IMG/VR virus record: IMGVR_UViG_3300001580_000009
Reading direction: 5' to 3' (one strand)
DNA from: an uncultured virus (IMG/VR IMGVR_UViG_3300001580_000009)
Lineage: Duplodnaviria > Heunggongvirae > Uroviricota > Caudoviricetes
Length of the DNA: 64,000 nt
A program made the position numbers and the translations under genes. The notes beneath the pieces are model-generated. The model had not been told where the DNA came from. It saw only the letters and a list, made by a program, of their open reading frames with translations, and did no database searches. The stretch's first letter is position 1. Each line of letters begins with the position of its first letter. Positions 43,301 to 50,874 of the stretch are shown here, one piece after another.

Positions 43301-46300
43301 CTGTAATAGATGGTGCATCAGTACTAATGGTATAATCAACACCCTTAACTAATTGAGTAGTATTAACAATACCTTGAACTGTTCTAACCAAGTAAACTAG
43401 TACACCGTAGTAATTTGCTTTAGTGAAATCGTAAACTCTGCTTAATGGGTAGATTGTCGTGTCGGCACTATTTTTGAACGTATATACGTTGGTAACAAAT
43501 GCTGACTTAGAGGGTAGCATGTCACTCCAGAAGAATGCACTAGCTTCACTCTTAGAAGCAGAAATTTGATCTAATGCATCATCTAGAATGTAAGATGGGT
43601 CAAAACGTTGTTGATAGCTGGTCTTATTGATAGTATCAATTAATAATGCTTTAAACTTGATGTATTCGCGGCTGTTGAATAACAAAGCATCAAACAAGTT
43701 GTGATTTTGTTTACGCAAGAATGCGCCTGGTAGAACTAAGCTAGCACTATTCTGAATAATTCTGGTACCGTAAGGAACTAAGTTACCCAAATCTCTGAAA
43801 TTGTTAGGTCCAAACATTACACCAGATGTATTTGGTGAGTTTGTAAAGATGCTCTGATAGTGACCACGAATATCACCGATGTTTGCTTTAGTGATATCGC
43901 TATTCAATGGGTTGTTGTTTAAGTTAATAGGTACAGTATAGTAAGCTTGGTTGCTTACTTCGTTACTCAACAACAATACTTGAACTAATGTTGTAGTAGA
44001 AATTTGTTCTGTTACTGTTACTTCAGTAGTTTTATCTGTTGAAACTACTGAATATTGATCAGCAGTCAATAAAACATTGTTAACGTAAACTTGTATAGTA
44101 GGCCAATTGGTTTCAGCATCATCAAGTTTAGGTATATCACATGTAAATGTGTAATTCGGGCTCAATAGGTCAAACTTGAATTCAAATGCTTGATACTGTA
44201 CGCTAGGTGATACTGCGGTTTGCCAACCTAACTGTCTAGTATATAAATCTCTTGCTTGATAGTTGTAAACATACCCAGTATTAACTTTTTGTGTGACTGG
44301 ACTGTTTTGACTTACGTATGTAAATTCATCAGTATTAAGTGAAACGTCAAAGCTGATATCGCCTACGTTCTCAACCGAGCTATAACGAATGGGGAAGCCC
44401 AAAATGTTGTCGTCGGGACCATCACCCAATCCATAATTGAATAATTTACATCCAGCAAAGGATGTGCCGACATATACTTCAGCATCACCAAAACTAATAG
44501 CGTTGTCATCAAATATATCGAACAACGGTGCTTGGTTAACTGTGGCTTTTTGTTGGGCAGATGTCCAATTAATACCGTCAAACCAGTAACTGGTACCTGC
44601 ATGTTCAAACCCTCTAGTAACGTAAATCTGATCATCAGGTAAAACACTACCGTTATAAACTTCAGTTAGAGTAATAACAGCAGGTTGCCCAACAGAAACT
44701 TTAGAGAATTCAGCAACATAAATTGTATTACGTACTGCTACGTCTTCGTCAGCAGCAAAGACAATTTTAGCACCGGGGAATAGAGCATAGTTGTCTACTG
44801 TAGTGTCTGTGCCGATAATTGCCGCTCCCACTGATGCAGTCACTGTAGAATCTGACGACCATTGAACTTTTAATGTGATGGTTGTTGATTCAGTTATTTC
44901 TACAATTTGTGTATTTCTAGGCAAAGCGTTAGTAGAGTCAGCTACAAACTGTCCTATTTGGAAAGTTCCGACTACGCTGCTTGCCGGAAGTTCAATCGTA
45001 GTGCTAGTAGGTGTAACTACAAAGTCTACGGGTAATAATGGGATGGGTGGCCAATCTTCTAATGCTACCACTGCTCCATTTTGTTCGGCTGAAATAGTGA
45101 AATGTGTATTGTCAACAATTTCACTAATGTAATAGATAGCGTCGGGTGTTAGACCAGCAAATCCGTAAGTGCTCCAAATATTAAACACAACCTGATCATT
45201 GACTTCAAAACCAGCCGTTGAAGTACATGTAATTTGATTTGTTGCTGCACTTGATGAAAGTGCTGACCCGGCTATAGTAGCACCGGAGCTATAAATGACA
45301 GCATCGTACCCGGTGTATGTTTCTACATCGGGGTAATAATTTTGTTGTCCGGCTACTAGACTTAATGCGTCTTTTGTTCTAGTATCAATAAAATCAATAG
45401 CTTGTTTACCTATAGCACCAGAATTAAACAATTTTAGATTAGGATAAAATTCAATAATTGGGCGCTTGGCTTTATTAATTGCTTGTGTATAAATTGTAGC
45501 GATATCAGGATTGTTGTTATACTGTGCAGTAGCATTAATAACATCAACGTGGAACCAACGATTACCTCTAGACCATGCATTTTTGCTGATACTATTACGA
45601 GCAATTGTAATATAGTCCGGGTCTACGGGAACAAACAAGTCACTATCAAAGTTTCCTGCATCAAAAGCGACGGTATCGTAGGGAATGTAATCCCCTTTTG
45701 TGTATGGTTCTGATGCTATCAAATCCGAGACTGCGATTAGCTCAATTGCAGTTCCTACTCCTTCAACATAATACTCACCCAATAGATAACTACTAGGAAT
45801 AACATCACCATCAAAACGAACTTTTAATCCATTAGTAAAGACAACTCCGTTAGTAGACGTAAAGTTTTTCTTACCTAAAATTTCAGACTCAACATCTAAA
45901 GTATTGGATGTGTTGCTCTCAATTAATTTGATTATACCTACTTTATTAGGAGAAGTACCATCTTGATAATACAAAGTATCTAAAGGTGCGCTGATATACG
46001 GGATCAATGATATTACCCCTAGCGTGTTTCTATAGAAACGACGATTGGTCCATTGAACACCGTAGTTTGCAGTAATTTTTTCATTATCGGGAACTGACTC
46101 AATCGGAATTAATCTTAGCGTTGGGTTTTCAGTGTCACCTACGTAGGTGATACGATAGAAGTTCTCGCTTACATTTGTGTAGAATCCACCTTCATACAAA
46201 CCAGCGTTGATAATGCCAGTCATTGTTCCAGACTGAACTCCAAATACTTCTGCAGTTCCGTTTAGTGTGGTTGACACAGAGAATTCAGTAGAACTAATAA

Positions 46301-47423
46301 TATCAGAAATGTAATATACGGCTCCGGCTACTACTCCGCCAATCGGTACTCCGGTAAAGGTAATAGTATTGCCTACACTCCAGCTGGATGTAGTTCCGGA
46401 AGCTAACGTTAATGTTGATCCGTTTACTTGATTAACTAGGATACTAACACTAGGAGTTATTTCTGGGTTATTAATGTCAAAATTTGTTTCCCCGAAGAAT
46501 GTAGAAACAAAGCCCTGCTCATTAGGAATACCTGTGTTATAGAATAAAACAGTTAAACCTTCTAACGCAGTAATACCGTCAATGTTGTTAACTGTACTTA
46601 AGGTTTGACCATCAATAGTATCAAATGGTCTTGTGCAAATTAAGTCAGTGAAATTATTGCCTGGAAAATTATAATCATCTTGTGCATTCTTAAATGGGAC
46701 TGTGAAGGTTACAACCCCTTGTGTAGAACCGTTATTAGAAACACCATATATGTCTCTTACGGGAAGATTAGGTTGTGTAATGCTATAACCATCTACACCA
46801 GGCTCGCCTTGAATCCAAAATTGGCTGTCTTGGCTAACTATGAAGTTGTAGGTGCCGCCGCGTAACAATGTTAATGTAGGGTTAATAGAACCTGCACTAG
46901 CACCTAAAGCGCGGATATTATAGCCATTTATTTGATCTTCCACGACATAATCGGTAGTAGCATAAACCGTTGCTGCTGCTACGGTTACTGCAGGCAACCC
47001 CTTAGGTGCCCAGTAGTATTGATTATAGTTGATCAGCTTATCTAAGTTAGCAAAACTATCCCAAGAATAGAACTGACTATTGAATAGTCTATTATTATTA
47101 TCTACGATGCCGCCTTCTAATTTTAAAGCGTCTAGAATTCCAGGGTAACTAATGAAATCTTTAGCCACTGACTCATTAGTCTTTGTAAATACCACACCAG
47201 GTTCAAGTTGATAATCTGTTCTGACTTTATTTGGTTCAGTAACATAATAATCATTGGCGTTTATGCCATACCCTAACCTTGATCCTATGTAACCCTCTAT
47301 TCTCTTAGTGATAGGTGGATTAACAATTTGATCCAGCGTAGCTCCTAAGAACTGTGCGTTAGTAGGAGTTTGAAATACTTCTGGTAGAAAATTTAATGTT
47401 CTGATTCTTGTAGGTGTAACCAT
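28362..47423 (-). CDS. Giant 6353-aa multidomain virion/baseplate protein
   Basis: Uninterrupted ORF directly after gp6-like. Contains wedge-like motifs (INEVKPYHVVIKEF), at least 15 repeated small beta modules, FG-GAP-like and Asp-box propeller repeats, and a CBM5/12-like WTKERKYTKGEIVKYKNKYW segment. Confidence 0.8.
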   Translation of the reverse strand: MVTPTRIRTLNFLPEVFQTPTNAQFLGATLDQIVNPPITKRIEGYIGSRLGYGINANDYYVTEPNKVRTDYQLEPGVVFTKTNESVAKDFISYPGILDALKLEGGIVDNNNRLFNSQFYSWDSFANLDKLINYNQYYWAPKGLPAVTVAAATVYATTDYVVEDQINGYNIRALGASAGSINPTLTLLRGGTYNFIVSQDSQFWIQGEPGVDGYSITQPNLPVRDIYGVSNNGSTQGVVTFTVPFKNAQDDYNFPGNNFTDLICTRPFDTIDGQTLSTVNNIDGITALEGLTVLFYNTGIPNEQGFVSTFFGETNFDINNPEITPSVSILVNQVNGSTLTLASGTTSSWSVGNTITFTGVPIGGVVAGAVYYISDIISSTEFSVSTTLNGTAEVFGVQSGTMTGIINAGLYEGGFYTNVSENFYRITYVGDTENPTLRLIPIESVPDNEKITANYGVQWTNRRFYRNTLGVISLIPYISAPLDTLYYQDGTSPNKVGIIKLIESNTSNTLDVESEILGKKNFTSTNGVVFTNGLKVRFDGDVIPSSYLLGEYYVEGVGTAIELIAVSDLIASEPYTKGDYIPYDTVAFDAGNFDSDLFVPVDPDYITIARNSISKNAWSRGNRWFHVDVINATAQYNNNPDIATIYTQAINKAKRPIIEFYPNLKLFNSGAIGKQAIDFIDTRTKDALSLVAGQQNYYPDVETYTGYDAVIYSSGATIAGSALSSSAATNQITCTSTAGFEVNDQVVFNIWSTYGFAGLTPDAIYYISEIVDNTHFTISAEQNGAVVALEDWPPIPLLPVDFVVTPTSTTIELPASSVVGTFQIGQFVADSTNALPRNTQIVEITESTTITLKVQWSSDSTVTASVGAAIIGTDTTVDNYALFPGAKIVFAADEDVAVRNTIYVAEFSKVSVGQPAVITLTEVYNGSVLPDDQIYVTRGFEHAGTSYWFDGINWTSAQQKATVNQAPLFDIFDDNAISFGDAEVYVGTSFAGCKLFNYGLGDGPDDNILGFPIRYSSVENVGDISFDVSLNTDEFTYVSQNSPVTQKVNTGYVYNYQARDLYTRQLGWQTAVSPSVQYQAFEFKFDLLSPNYTFTCDIPKLDDAETNWPTIQVYVNNVLLTADQYSVVSTDKTTEVTVTEQISTTTLVQVLLLSNEVSNQAYYTVPINLNNNPLNSDITKANIGDIRGHYQSIFTNSPNTSGVMFGPNNFRDLGNLVPYGTRIIQNSASLVLPGAFLRKQNHNLFDALLFNSREYIKFKALLIDTINKTSYQQRFDPSYILDDALDQISASKSEASAFFWSDMLPSKSAFVTNVYTFKNSADTTIYPLSRVYDFTKANYYGVLVYLVRTVQGIVNTTQLVKGVDYTISTDAPSITVTTDLVAGDKIIVKEYNQTYGSYVPNTPTKLGLYPATMPKVLQDSQYMQPTWFIVGHDGSYNKLYGNYNPVTGILTDYRDQALFEFEKRVYNNLKLSGALPIKETEVIPGFFRETDYAYNEILEMYSYNFLNWVGQNRIEYKEQFYNSYDEWTYNYFESGNRIDKKPIEQGFWRGIYQFYYDTTTPNTTPWEMLGFTSQPVWWEDRYGPAPYTSENLILWNDLAEGLNWNNGDSYVMPEYVRPNLLKVIPVDTAGTLLSPLKVIVGNYNSLLFRRDWKIGDDAPAELSYRRSSTWPFDLMKLLALTKPAEFFNLGADLDNYKYNEEFNQYLVNDRSHLVINNIEIYGNGTPKTSYINWIVDYEKQLGVDATTEIKTLLNNLDVRLVYRLAGFSDKTLLKFYVEKGTPNTKNASLLIPDESYSVLLYDNQPFTELTYSGVVIQIRKGGYAVYGNSQNYAYFRTLAPKIDGRWDNTIVEKLEAKTAQNYTTDEVIVPYGTVYSTPQEVAQFLMSYSAWLENKGVKFNEIEFGLEINWLQMVAEFLYWAQIGWEEGSITTLNPAAKSFMFDKDSSIVQPLTMQQSNFILNQDLYPIPNIDLSILRDGTVFNVKPLNEGDTIAYGQFNLTNFEHGIVFDNVTLFDDVIYNLTTGLRQQRILVRGTKTAEWNGTITASGFILNQDNVVEWTKERKYTKGEIVKYKNKYWVALQIVQPQEKFNEKEWRVTDYNEVQKGMLPNSSTRSYESTLYYDSNRANLESDADLLSFSLIGYRPRDYLALADLTDITQINVYQNMIKSKGTLNAVSAFKGATLPQGGIDYEVYENWAINAGTFGGVLNDNFVEFKLNESKLTGNPSIVSLTEGLYTEGSQQEVPLYSIYNYARPVTSANILSVIPNSSPSKVYPDAGYVNFNDVKMAAYFFSNLNQAVNKNGVNVPLTDFYVRDYVWLANYLEKWQVYSPASIGQVISARPNLNGTVTITFNKPHNLTKYQIFAIVNFDVNVDGYHLVTQLLDPYRILINLSLDGSATQEIIGQGIGLQFQQQRVSTPAAINSLPLLSSEFTANTVWVDENADGSWAVFKKELNYKHEQEITKDVSELFGSAVATGNRIGYLVGDQGEGQIYRYVYNDLAKQWVLNQTITNGSSFGAKIARGKDIFVVSEPTSATPKVYVYSLANSKLVDDLLPYQTINAPVGVTNWGTGLAISEDTNWLYVSAVDVNKVYVYRKQNIHTSAGFFKVGQTYTITEVGDTDFEAIGAFTSEAGLSFIATGAGTGTGKATQCSYELSTIIDRIDLSIGDGFGSAVSTDYNGDTLVVSAPNKDFSGSIENWGSAYIYSRAVENVEVQYNSTLGSTQSFALAWTPDQTGSITSTVVNASNEIVCSSTMTSYVGLPVMFTGADFANSGISPDTVYYILSASTNKIKIGLSREGSALTLAAGAVDISVHVQISPLCVCVNGSFVQDNNYGAIGNLFIYTGTLNAGDVISIGGNKFTLVQTLTSSEAPRIGVKYGTGLDVTKSASEILVGAPFQLSSTNQEGAVYRYTNGGGKYGVIIGTSPCNITTTRNLLLNGYYVQLTAGNATHVANTINAAKITNVQASATSDNKLVIQIIDANLALANEKLLLTVTDSNTLTELGISVYTATQTITCPHEQGSTQFGSTVKFNNFDSVVIAAPTGTRYSATTFDYIENSTLDDDTVFDNNATQWIDTSINAGAVYMFDYLPMYNESLINAGQFVYAQSVNNLNQEYGSQPRYGQALDFRDNRVVIGTPNFMPGPVNGQVTTYVNNAGVKDWSVFRSSSPIVDIERVQNTQIFSAETNNTLINLDYLDPMQGKLLGSVRQNIDYVSNIDPAGYNNGLVEQRNMVWGPEQVGQVWFNTYNVRFMNYHQNDVVYNSQYWGTVFPGSDVAVYTWIESNVPPAEYQGNGTPFDSLLYSVKTVLNSSNIVVPVYYFWVRNSNIIDRKRGKTLADSIIEQYIAKPKSSGISYFAPLLPNTFALYNSGEYINANDSVLHIGYASGTSDDPVHNEFTLIRANNPDDFLPGVPKFGTSTVPNYLYDKLLDSISGADELGAVVPDPYLPKAVQSGVLARPRQSFFYNRYLAVKNYLTYANEILAQFPITETRNPSFLYESGEFFDTADYWEFANWWAAGYNDNTKAVLQVPMYADLSTLQVPAGTIVAVADSVNGKSETYRYDGNNVWTRIGLTNGTIRFKTALWDYNSAKLGFGDNFFDTSLFDQYPSTETRYIVRALNEQIYIDDLQIYRNKSLILLFEYIQSESSENQNYLPWLNKTSLVDVAHTIRELRPIEVYQSDNQDFLAGYINEVKPYHVVIKEFVFKYTGTDVYEGSVTDFDLPATYNTGIQKFVTPELVYSSPSGDNQFLPNNAIWGTDSYIDWYNNFGVRLTGQLDYQITKLESYVTLSSNFMSVQNAQGFPINGIITVGDEQIGYSSVDRGLNILIGLTRGVNNTTVSDHYPGEMISIDLPPVLVLDGGRGYTEPPKVTAYVDLTKYPAPRKPAVLEAVMSLDSILSINVIDPGEGYVVAPEIVIDPAAKIYFSGSTVNISLNTIQLYAPYLITGDVVQYKQGTGIGVGGLTDGQWYYIGLLETNPSTVIGLYASYRDAVNDRNRIQLHSAGSSSDNLFNLGAKASAITSSSPIRENNITLRYDRTTYNSKVIDWEAGVYYGAYFAGNYYNSDQVSSSSIKLQSTEPNISSILASAQGIGFEVAAVNDDMQLTWSSFVRKVSGTTDFTSSAPNSITLISLDDGSNNTNASGTTIGFYVGMPIKFSGSVVGGLAVDQIYYVAEIYNQNQFAVSLTENGSVLPLVEATVPVAGMSCFVGEVVDTTRLTINYPGILNVTNTQAITNALTIPINLTGTGGTYGFYTDLPIFFTGNVFGNIRENQVYYVTTVIDGQTFTMSETQNPIITTAVETIAGSNYVVVDSTTGFYRNDPLIFMGTEFGNIVAGQLYYILEVVDGNKLIIADTSGTPLVVTNDTGEMTVTNQKNTVKLSTATGNMTINVSLPVSPGQINGQRFTLYQTSRQYPNINNGQIQNLLERTADAVVGNNQDLVALNIYGEGTQNMSVNMPVIFDSPIGGLLAATTYYVTEIGTIQVKVVNTSGIYLTCENVGDTDSLYVGMPIIFTGTGLGGVVISDLYYVVSIEPDQQRFSISDIPGSSAMVWAVDNGVMNGSGNQYIKVDNLTPLTTEVKTVNLTQTYNPADLPVFDVSYVLGGYRTIITHPGSGFAVGNKIVISGTEIGGTSPRNDLTLTVDAVDTYGGIKKVIRSGKAPDTSNQYYFKVVSATDVEVYYNEQLTLPVPFDEFPFTGFTSANATSTAPNVINVDTTGFVEFDPVIFTGNVPSGIVAGKTYYLYNLTPISVQLLEEPTTIPSPVLLTFGTTTESFTMTKNGSYALLPEPFYFNQSIVKFNNRVYVCTISNNDTEFVFGKWQLLRSDDQRLNAMDRVMGYYQPTDNMPGVDLTQLFYGVTYPNSTYLGNPFEPDQQFTLDTILQDQPFYPTNVNIVSVLWNGIEYITAANIPDALNIPNYSAIVTSANPTGSWNISKLANNNLNLTDIIFAGGMYVMTSRNTATPIFRSNDGVNWTTNGYFTPFGATPFDDTPFDITALNIAGLKMNSVTFRNGLYVAVGDKIVTSTDTYLWSDAYNFLNTYNNQLYGVDAVTASAFTGFIAVGKGQRPDYSTGVTQLVDTNLLFNSVNGIQWTEVNSLTGNGMYGVTSDGTKIVVVGENGIIYTSIDGTVWSGVNETLVLSVNSALNILNVSDTSNFTVGDAIRFTQEFTPIGSGDPIITTTTYYVESIISATQLTITDTVGGSAIALDVNTPVAQTLMYKYPTESTLRDVLYANGMFVAVGDNGTIKTSVDGFVWTTRTTNTTNDLNGVTFNSSENMFVVVGDNNNILTSTDGVVWNNTSVLAVDPTFYNVQGDQFLAGYAPEELVAGVTKDKLTMIVTTRPGTNWPTVEYAHSGFNVVSRTIAPTDASQVAYSFANIVNNPVSMSVYVINGTTQVSTTLYRDIDYTIDWVSQNVILNNPISFAPVKDLLGINIYEVGNGNQLVKSSTLSDPIRYNPQPGWYEIYLSCNYSATRFAGGGIIRPDTITTEVFATATNGITNEITVDSVEGFVLNQPVTFSGGVLGGLVEDEVYIVKTISAINKTITVSLPPLTPTGVAGPVYTLTTDAGLMNAIIQVGTGLVWSEPIVYHNGNKLVYGKIGTITRTKSSNNAITCVTTAGMVVGDPITFCLCVFGGVLVPKQTYYIESIIDANEFTVSETVGGPVVVLTDATGGAQFITNDYSFALTPDGITARIVFAKEYHVETDYITYTLFGETVPDQYDYTLPETQVFESTGVASYSLDNYLGGTNSTNAIVEVDGVRQSLSSYIINAGTQTITFLSSIPASGSTIAVKTFNSTDRQYIHTETSILSGTAVSNIVDINNTITAPIAVTRAIASDSGTNEITAESVEGFAVGQTVIFKGTTFGGIDTDGLVYYVRSVNDLTNKFTIQDSAGTLVTVTTATGNMSVEVGGLPAIRVTTGIPHLFSENDVVTMDGILGAVQLNGRRYYAKVINPTQFDLYTTPYDPAFVPLVPNQPVVETTAYISGGYAWKSGLFTLTTATASETKSTSNRIVVDSTSELIEGTPVYFSETGLIVGETTLSGLVIGQQYFVKSIVNSTEFTISEVRDGDTLVLSDDTGMMGVTQWEQTNVDRLWVTVNGYKVMASNVRLYENNDVGILQVIESGDEVIITSIVPSATPSEEVMLMQVSQDGTPDVYRVNSQSRTWLTRALYDYHDVIYVNDVTRITDVITQNAITPAAIDNQYNIGLTADKRTLTGVTVFNSTTGQYISNAYFDIVIEDLAPIMKIVAGAYISEGDSLVITQLEGNLIYINGEEIRFASVDPIANTINGIERGVNGTGVVPFMANYSEVYGLLSRNLLSPEEYNQTWNSYVYNPTSGDPLQISLTSTAEFLNGDVS

Positions 47424-47450
47424 TGTAATCTCTTAAATGCTATATATTAC

Positions 47451-50400
47451 TTATCTTATTTGTAACTCGGTGGGCGTGAGTGCAGATATTACCAACACAT
47501 CTGTTGCTTCGGCAGCGTTAACAAATATTTCATAAGGCTGGCATTTAATTTCATATAAGTCTCCAAATGATTTTGTAGGATCGTTAGGTACTAAAACAAC
47601 TGAGCTTACTAACTCTCCAACTTCAGCGTGTAGATACGCACTTAACTCTGAGAAGTAGAACGTGTCGCCAAAATTCCAATTGTTGATGTTAAAATAATCG
47701 TTCATGGCGCTTAATACAGCACTTCTGATTTCACTATCGCTAGCATTAGTTTTGCTTGCTTTAATAACTTTAATTGTTGCTCTCAATGCAGGTGCTGCTT
47801 TAGAACCAAATAATGGTTTGAATATAACACTGTTCAATACAACACTATCACTGAGCATTTTGTAATTGTTAACTTCTCCGTACTCTTGATTCAATTCATT
47901 GATAGTAGGTCTTGTTGGTTCTGGAACAGTACCGGTACTATCTTGAATCCAATTTTGATATGCGTTGTAGTAAGATTGAGTAACTACATACAAATCAATA
48001 ATGTTAGTTGTAGCCGGATCGATTCTAGTAGTATTATTACTATTATGTCTATACTGATATTGTAAACCTTGACGACCGGGCTTAACCGAATACTGCGGTT
48101 GTTCTATTAAAATATAGTAAGGTGTAGTTATGGTATTATCCTGCAGAGATTTATAAAACTTATTCTCTGCTGTAGCGTAAAATAACTGTCCTTCTGGATA
48201 ATCGTACTTTGAAATTTCAATTTGAGTTTTATTAGAATAAGAGTAAACCACACTTGACGAAGATATTAGTTGATATCTAGATAGATTAATAGGATCCTCA
48301 ATCAACTCAAAGAAAGCATACTTACCTAGTCCTGAGCCACCGGTAACATATCCAGTTACTAGAGAGAAGAAATCTGGGTTCAAAATAACTTGACGATTGT
48401 TTACGTCAGTTGACGATACTTCGACCTCAAAGTCATTGACATACCCATCACTTTCAACTGATTGACCGACAATGTTTACTTTAATTTCTTTGCCTAATGG
48501 ATAACTAGAACTATATTGAGTATTCGTAGGTAAAATATTAATGTAATCTTGAATGATCTTACCCGAGAACGGATCATAAACTAATTCATCAGCAGAGAAT
48601 GTAAATCTAGTATCGGTCACACTTCCAAACAAGTACTTCAATGACTTGTAAGTAATGCTATATCTGTTGCCACCCAAATTCAAAAATCTTACGAAATAGT
48701 TTTCATCATCATAGGGTCTAATAGACCAACGATCTAAGTTGATAGTAAGAGAGTTATTGAAAGTTAAAGAGAAATCTTGTTGAAGCTCCATACGTATAAC
48801 AGCGCCCTCAATAATCTCATTGGATAAGCTATTATCGAATACAGGAATTACTTTAGTTAGTATAGCAGTAGTCGGTACATATCCATTCAATACGACAGGA
48901 CCTGTTCCATTACTAAAGGCACCTTCACCGTTGTTGTTTCCGTCACCAATGACATTTAAAACCGTAGTCCATATTGATGTTGTTGAAGATGGCCCTGGGA
49001 TACCTGAGACTAGTCTATTATTACTATCAAAGTAATATCCCGGTGGAGCAACAAACTGAAGTAACGCACCGGTTGTTACATACTTAACGTTGTTAGTTGA
49101 GAATATACCCAATGGTATTGGTTGTACTAAGCTCCCGGTGACCGTGTAAAAATATCCGGATTCAGAATTTGCATCGACCGCACTAGTTTGCCAGTATACG
49201 GTACCGTCACCTGTTTGAGCGTTAACATTATAATTAGGATAATTTTGAATGTAATATTGGTATGCGCGGTTACTCTTTAACACGCTTGCCAATGTAGTGT
49301 TTAAGAAAGCCCTAATATCATTTTCAGTGTTTATGGTTAACGCCAAGTAACCATCAGTGCCATCTTGATATAAACCACCGTCATTACCAAAACTATTGAT
49401 GCTTGAATACTTACCAGTAGGATCCAATAAATCTAAGTTTTTAGATACACCTACGCTACTACGATTGATAGCTTTACTCTTAATAATTGAACTGTAGAGT
49501 GTGAATGGAAAATTGTTATAATCCTCTCCGTTAACCATTCTGTTTTGTGTGTAGTAACGAGTCGGGGCACGTTGTTTAATTTCTTGCAACGATTCGCGCT
49601 GTTGAGCGTTAGAAACCGTAGACTGAAGTTCTAGACCCAGTGTTAATGATTCTACTCTATTCTGTCTACTTATGTAAGAGAAGGTTACCGAGATACCTTG
49701 CATTTCTGTAGGGTCGATGACGTATGTTTGTGCATTGCTTGCGCGTACATATGCCCTATATGTACCAACAGGAATATCAGAAAAAATACCATCGCCGAAC
49801 ACATATGTTACTTGGTCGTTGGCTCTAGAACTTACTGAGAAAATTTTACGATTGCTAGATTCAGACTGCAAATATGCATCAGCGTATACATTTTCAACTA
49901 AAGTCCACAATGCTGAAGTACCGTTATTCAAGTCTAACTGATATAACCATGTGTCAGTATTATTAATACCTTGAATGTCAATGTTCACGGTTTGATTGGC
50001 AATTTGTTGTTCTAACGTGAAATCTGCGTTGCGTAGATTACCTTGTTTGAAATAGAAAAAGAAACCTGTATCTGGACTACCATACCCCAATTTGTCATTA
50101 CGATATAGCATGTTGAACTTGCCGGTTGGGGCAGGGGGAATTTCATAAAGATAATCTTTGTTAACGCTAGTAACACTAACCAATTCAAAGTTCATTGTTT
50201 GCCCATCGATACTTGAAGTAAAAGGTACGATAGGCAAACTGTTGTTAGGAATGCGAATAGCATATTCGCTAGTTGTAACACCCAATAAATCTGCGGTGTT
50301 ACCTGGACGACCAATACGTTGACTGTCAATCAACGCTGCGTTGATAATTGTGTTGAATTGCTCTAACCAATCTGGGTTAGCAGGATCGTTCCATAATATG

Positions 50401-50822
50401 TTTAAATTGCTTAAGTTCGTACCGTTGATATCGGTAAGATTTTGAGTAGTTTGAATGCTTGTTACTTTGAGATAACCCTGAGCGCAAAGATTTCGCTTTG
50501 GTGTGTAGCTTACAAGATTAGCTAGTTTGATAACACTATCCCTACGTTCGGCAGTGTCAATAAAGTTCTCACGGGCATTCAAGTCATTTCTGAATGCAAG
50601 ACCTTGCCCCATGAATGCAATAATATCAAGTAGGGCGATGAATTCGCTTGACTCGATATAGTCGTTGAACGTTTCTGGATAGTAAGCGCGAAGATAATCA
50701 ATGAAACTCTTACGCAGGGTTTCATAATCATAGCTTCTAAAATCTGCCTCACGGAATGTTTGGTAGATTGCTTTCCAGTCGTTTACGCCAAAAAGTGCTG
50801 ATTGTCTAGAACTTGTAGCCAT
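47451..50822 (-). CDS. gp6: Baseplate wedge subunit, T4 gp6-like
   Basis: DYETLRKSFIDYL...SEFIALLDIIAF...NARENFIDTAERRDSVIKLA, FGDGIF, and ESLQEIKQRAP.RYYTQNRMVNGEDY. Confidence 0.85.
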   Translation of the reverse strand: MATSSRQSALFGVNDWKAIYQTFREADFRSYDYETLRKSFIDYLRAYYPETFNDYIESSEFIALLDIIAFMGQGLAFRNDLNARENFIDTAERRDSVIKLANLVSYTPKRNLCAQGYLKVTSIQTTQNLTDINGTNLSNLNILWNDPANPDWLEQFNTIINAALIDSQRIGRPGNTADLLGVTTSEYAIRIPNNSLPIVPFTSSIDGQTMNFELVSVTSVNKDYLYEIPPAPTGKFNMLYRNDKLGYGSPDTGFFFYFKQGNLRNADFTLEQQIANQTVNIDIQGINNTDTWLYQLDLNNGTSALWTLVENVYADAYLQSESSNRKIFSVSSRANDQVTYVFGDGIFSDIPVGTYRAYVRASNAQTYVIDPTEMQGISVTFSYISRQNRVESLTLGLELQSTVSNAQQRESLQEIKQRAPTRYYTQNRMVNGEDYNNFPFTLYSSIIKSKAINRSSVGVSKNLDLLDPTGKYSSINSFGNDGGLYQDGTDGYLALTINTENDIRAFLNTTLASVLKSNRAYQYYIQNYPNYNVNAQTGDGTVYWQTSAVDANSESGYFYTVTGSLVQPIPLGIFSTNNVKYVTTGALLQFVAPPGYYFDSNNRLVSGIPGPSSTTSIWTTVLNVIGDGNNNGEGAFSNGTGPVVLNGYVPTTAILTKVIPVFDNSLSNEIIEGAVIRMELQQDFSLTFNNSLTINLDRWSIRPYDDENYFVRFLNLGGNRYSITYKSLKYLFGSVTDTRFTFSADELVYDPFSGKIIQDYINILPTNTQYSSSYPLGKEIKVNIVGQSVESDGYVNDFEVEVSSTDVNNRQVILNPDFFSLVTGYVTGGSGLGKYAFFELIEDPINLSRYQLISSSSVVYSYSNKTQIEISKYDYPEGQLFYATAENKFYKSLQDNTITTPYYILIEQPQYSVKPGRQGLQYQYRHNSNNTTRIDPATTNIIDLYVVTQSYYNAYQNWIQDSTGTVPEPTRPTINELNQEYGEVNNYKMLSDSVVLNSVIFKPLFGSKAAPALRATIKVIKASKTNASDSEIRSAVLSAMNDYFNINNWNFGDTFYFSELSAYLHAEVGELVSSVVLVPNDPTKSFGDLYEIKCQPYEIFVNAAEATDVLVISALTPTELQIR

Positions 50823-50840
50823 AGGTTTATCTCTTTTAAG

Positions 50841-50847
50841 TATTTAT
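50841..50847 (-). promoter_or_regulatory. Putative late promoter ATAAATA
   Basis: Intergenic, upstream of the gp6-like gene. Confidence 0.6.
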
Positions 50848-50874
50848 CATACCTAAAAAAGCGGTTTTTTAAGG

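Noticed and set aside
29968..46865. Many 60-115 aa ORFs inside the giant gene
   Set aside because: Short antisense or out-of-frame ORFs expected by chance in a 19-kb gene.
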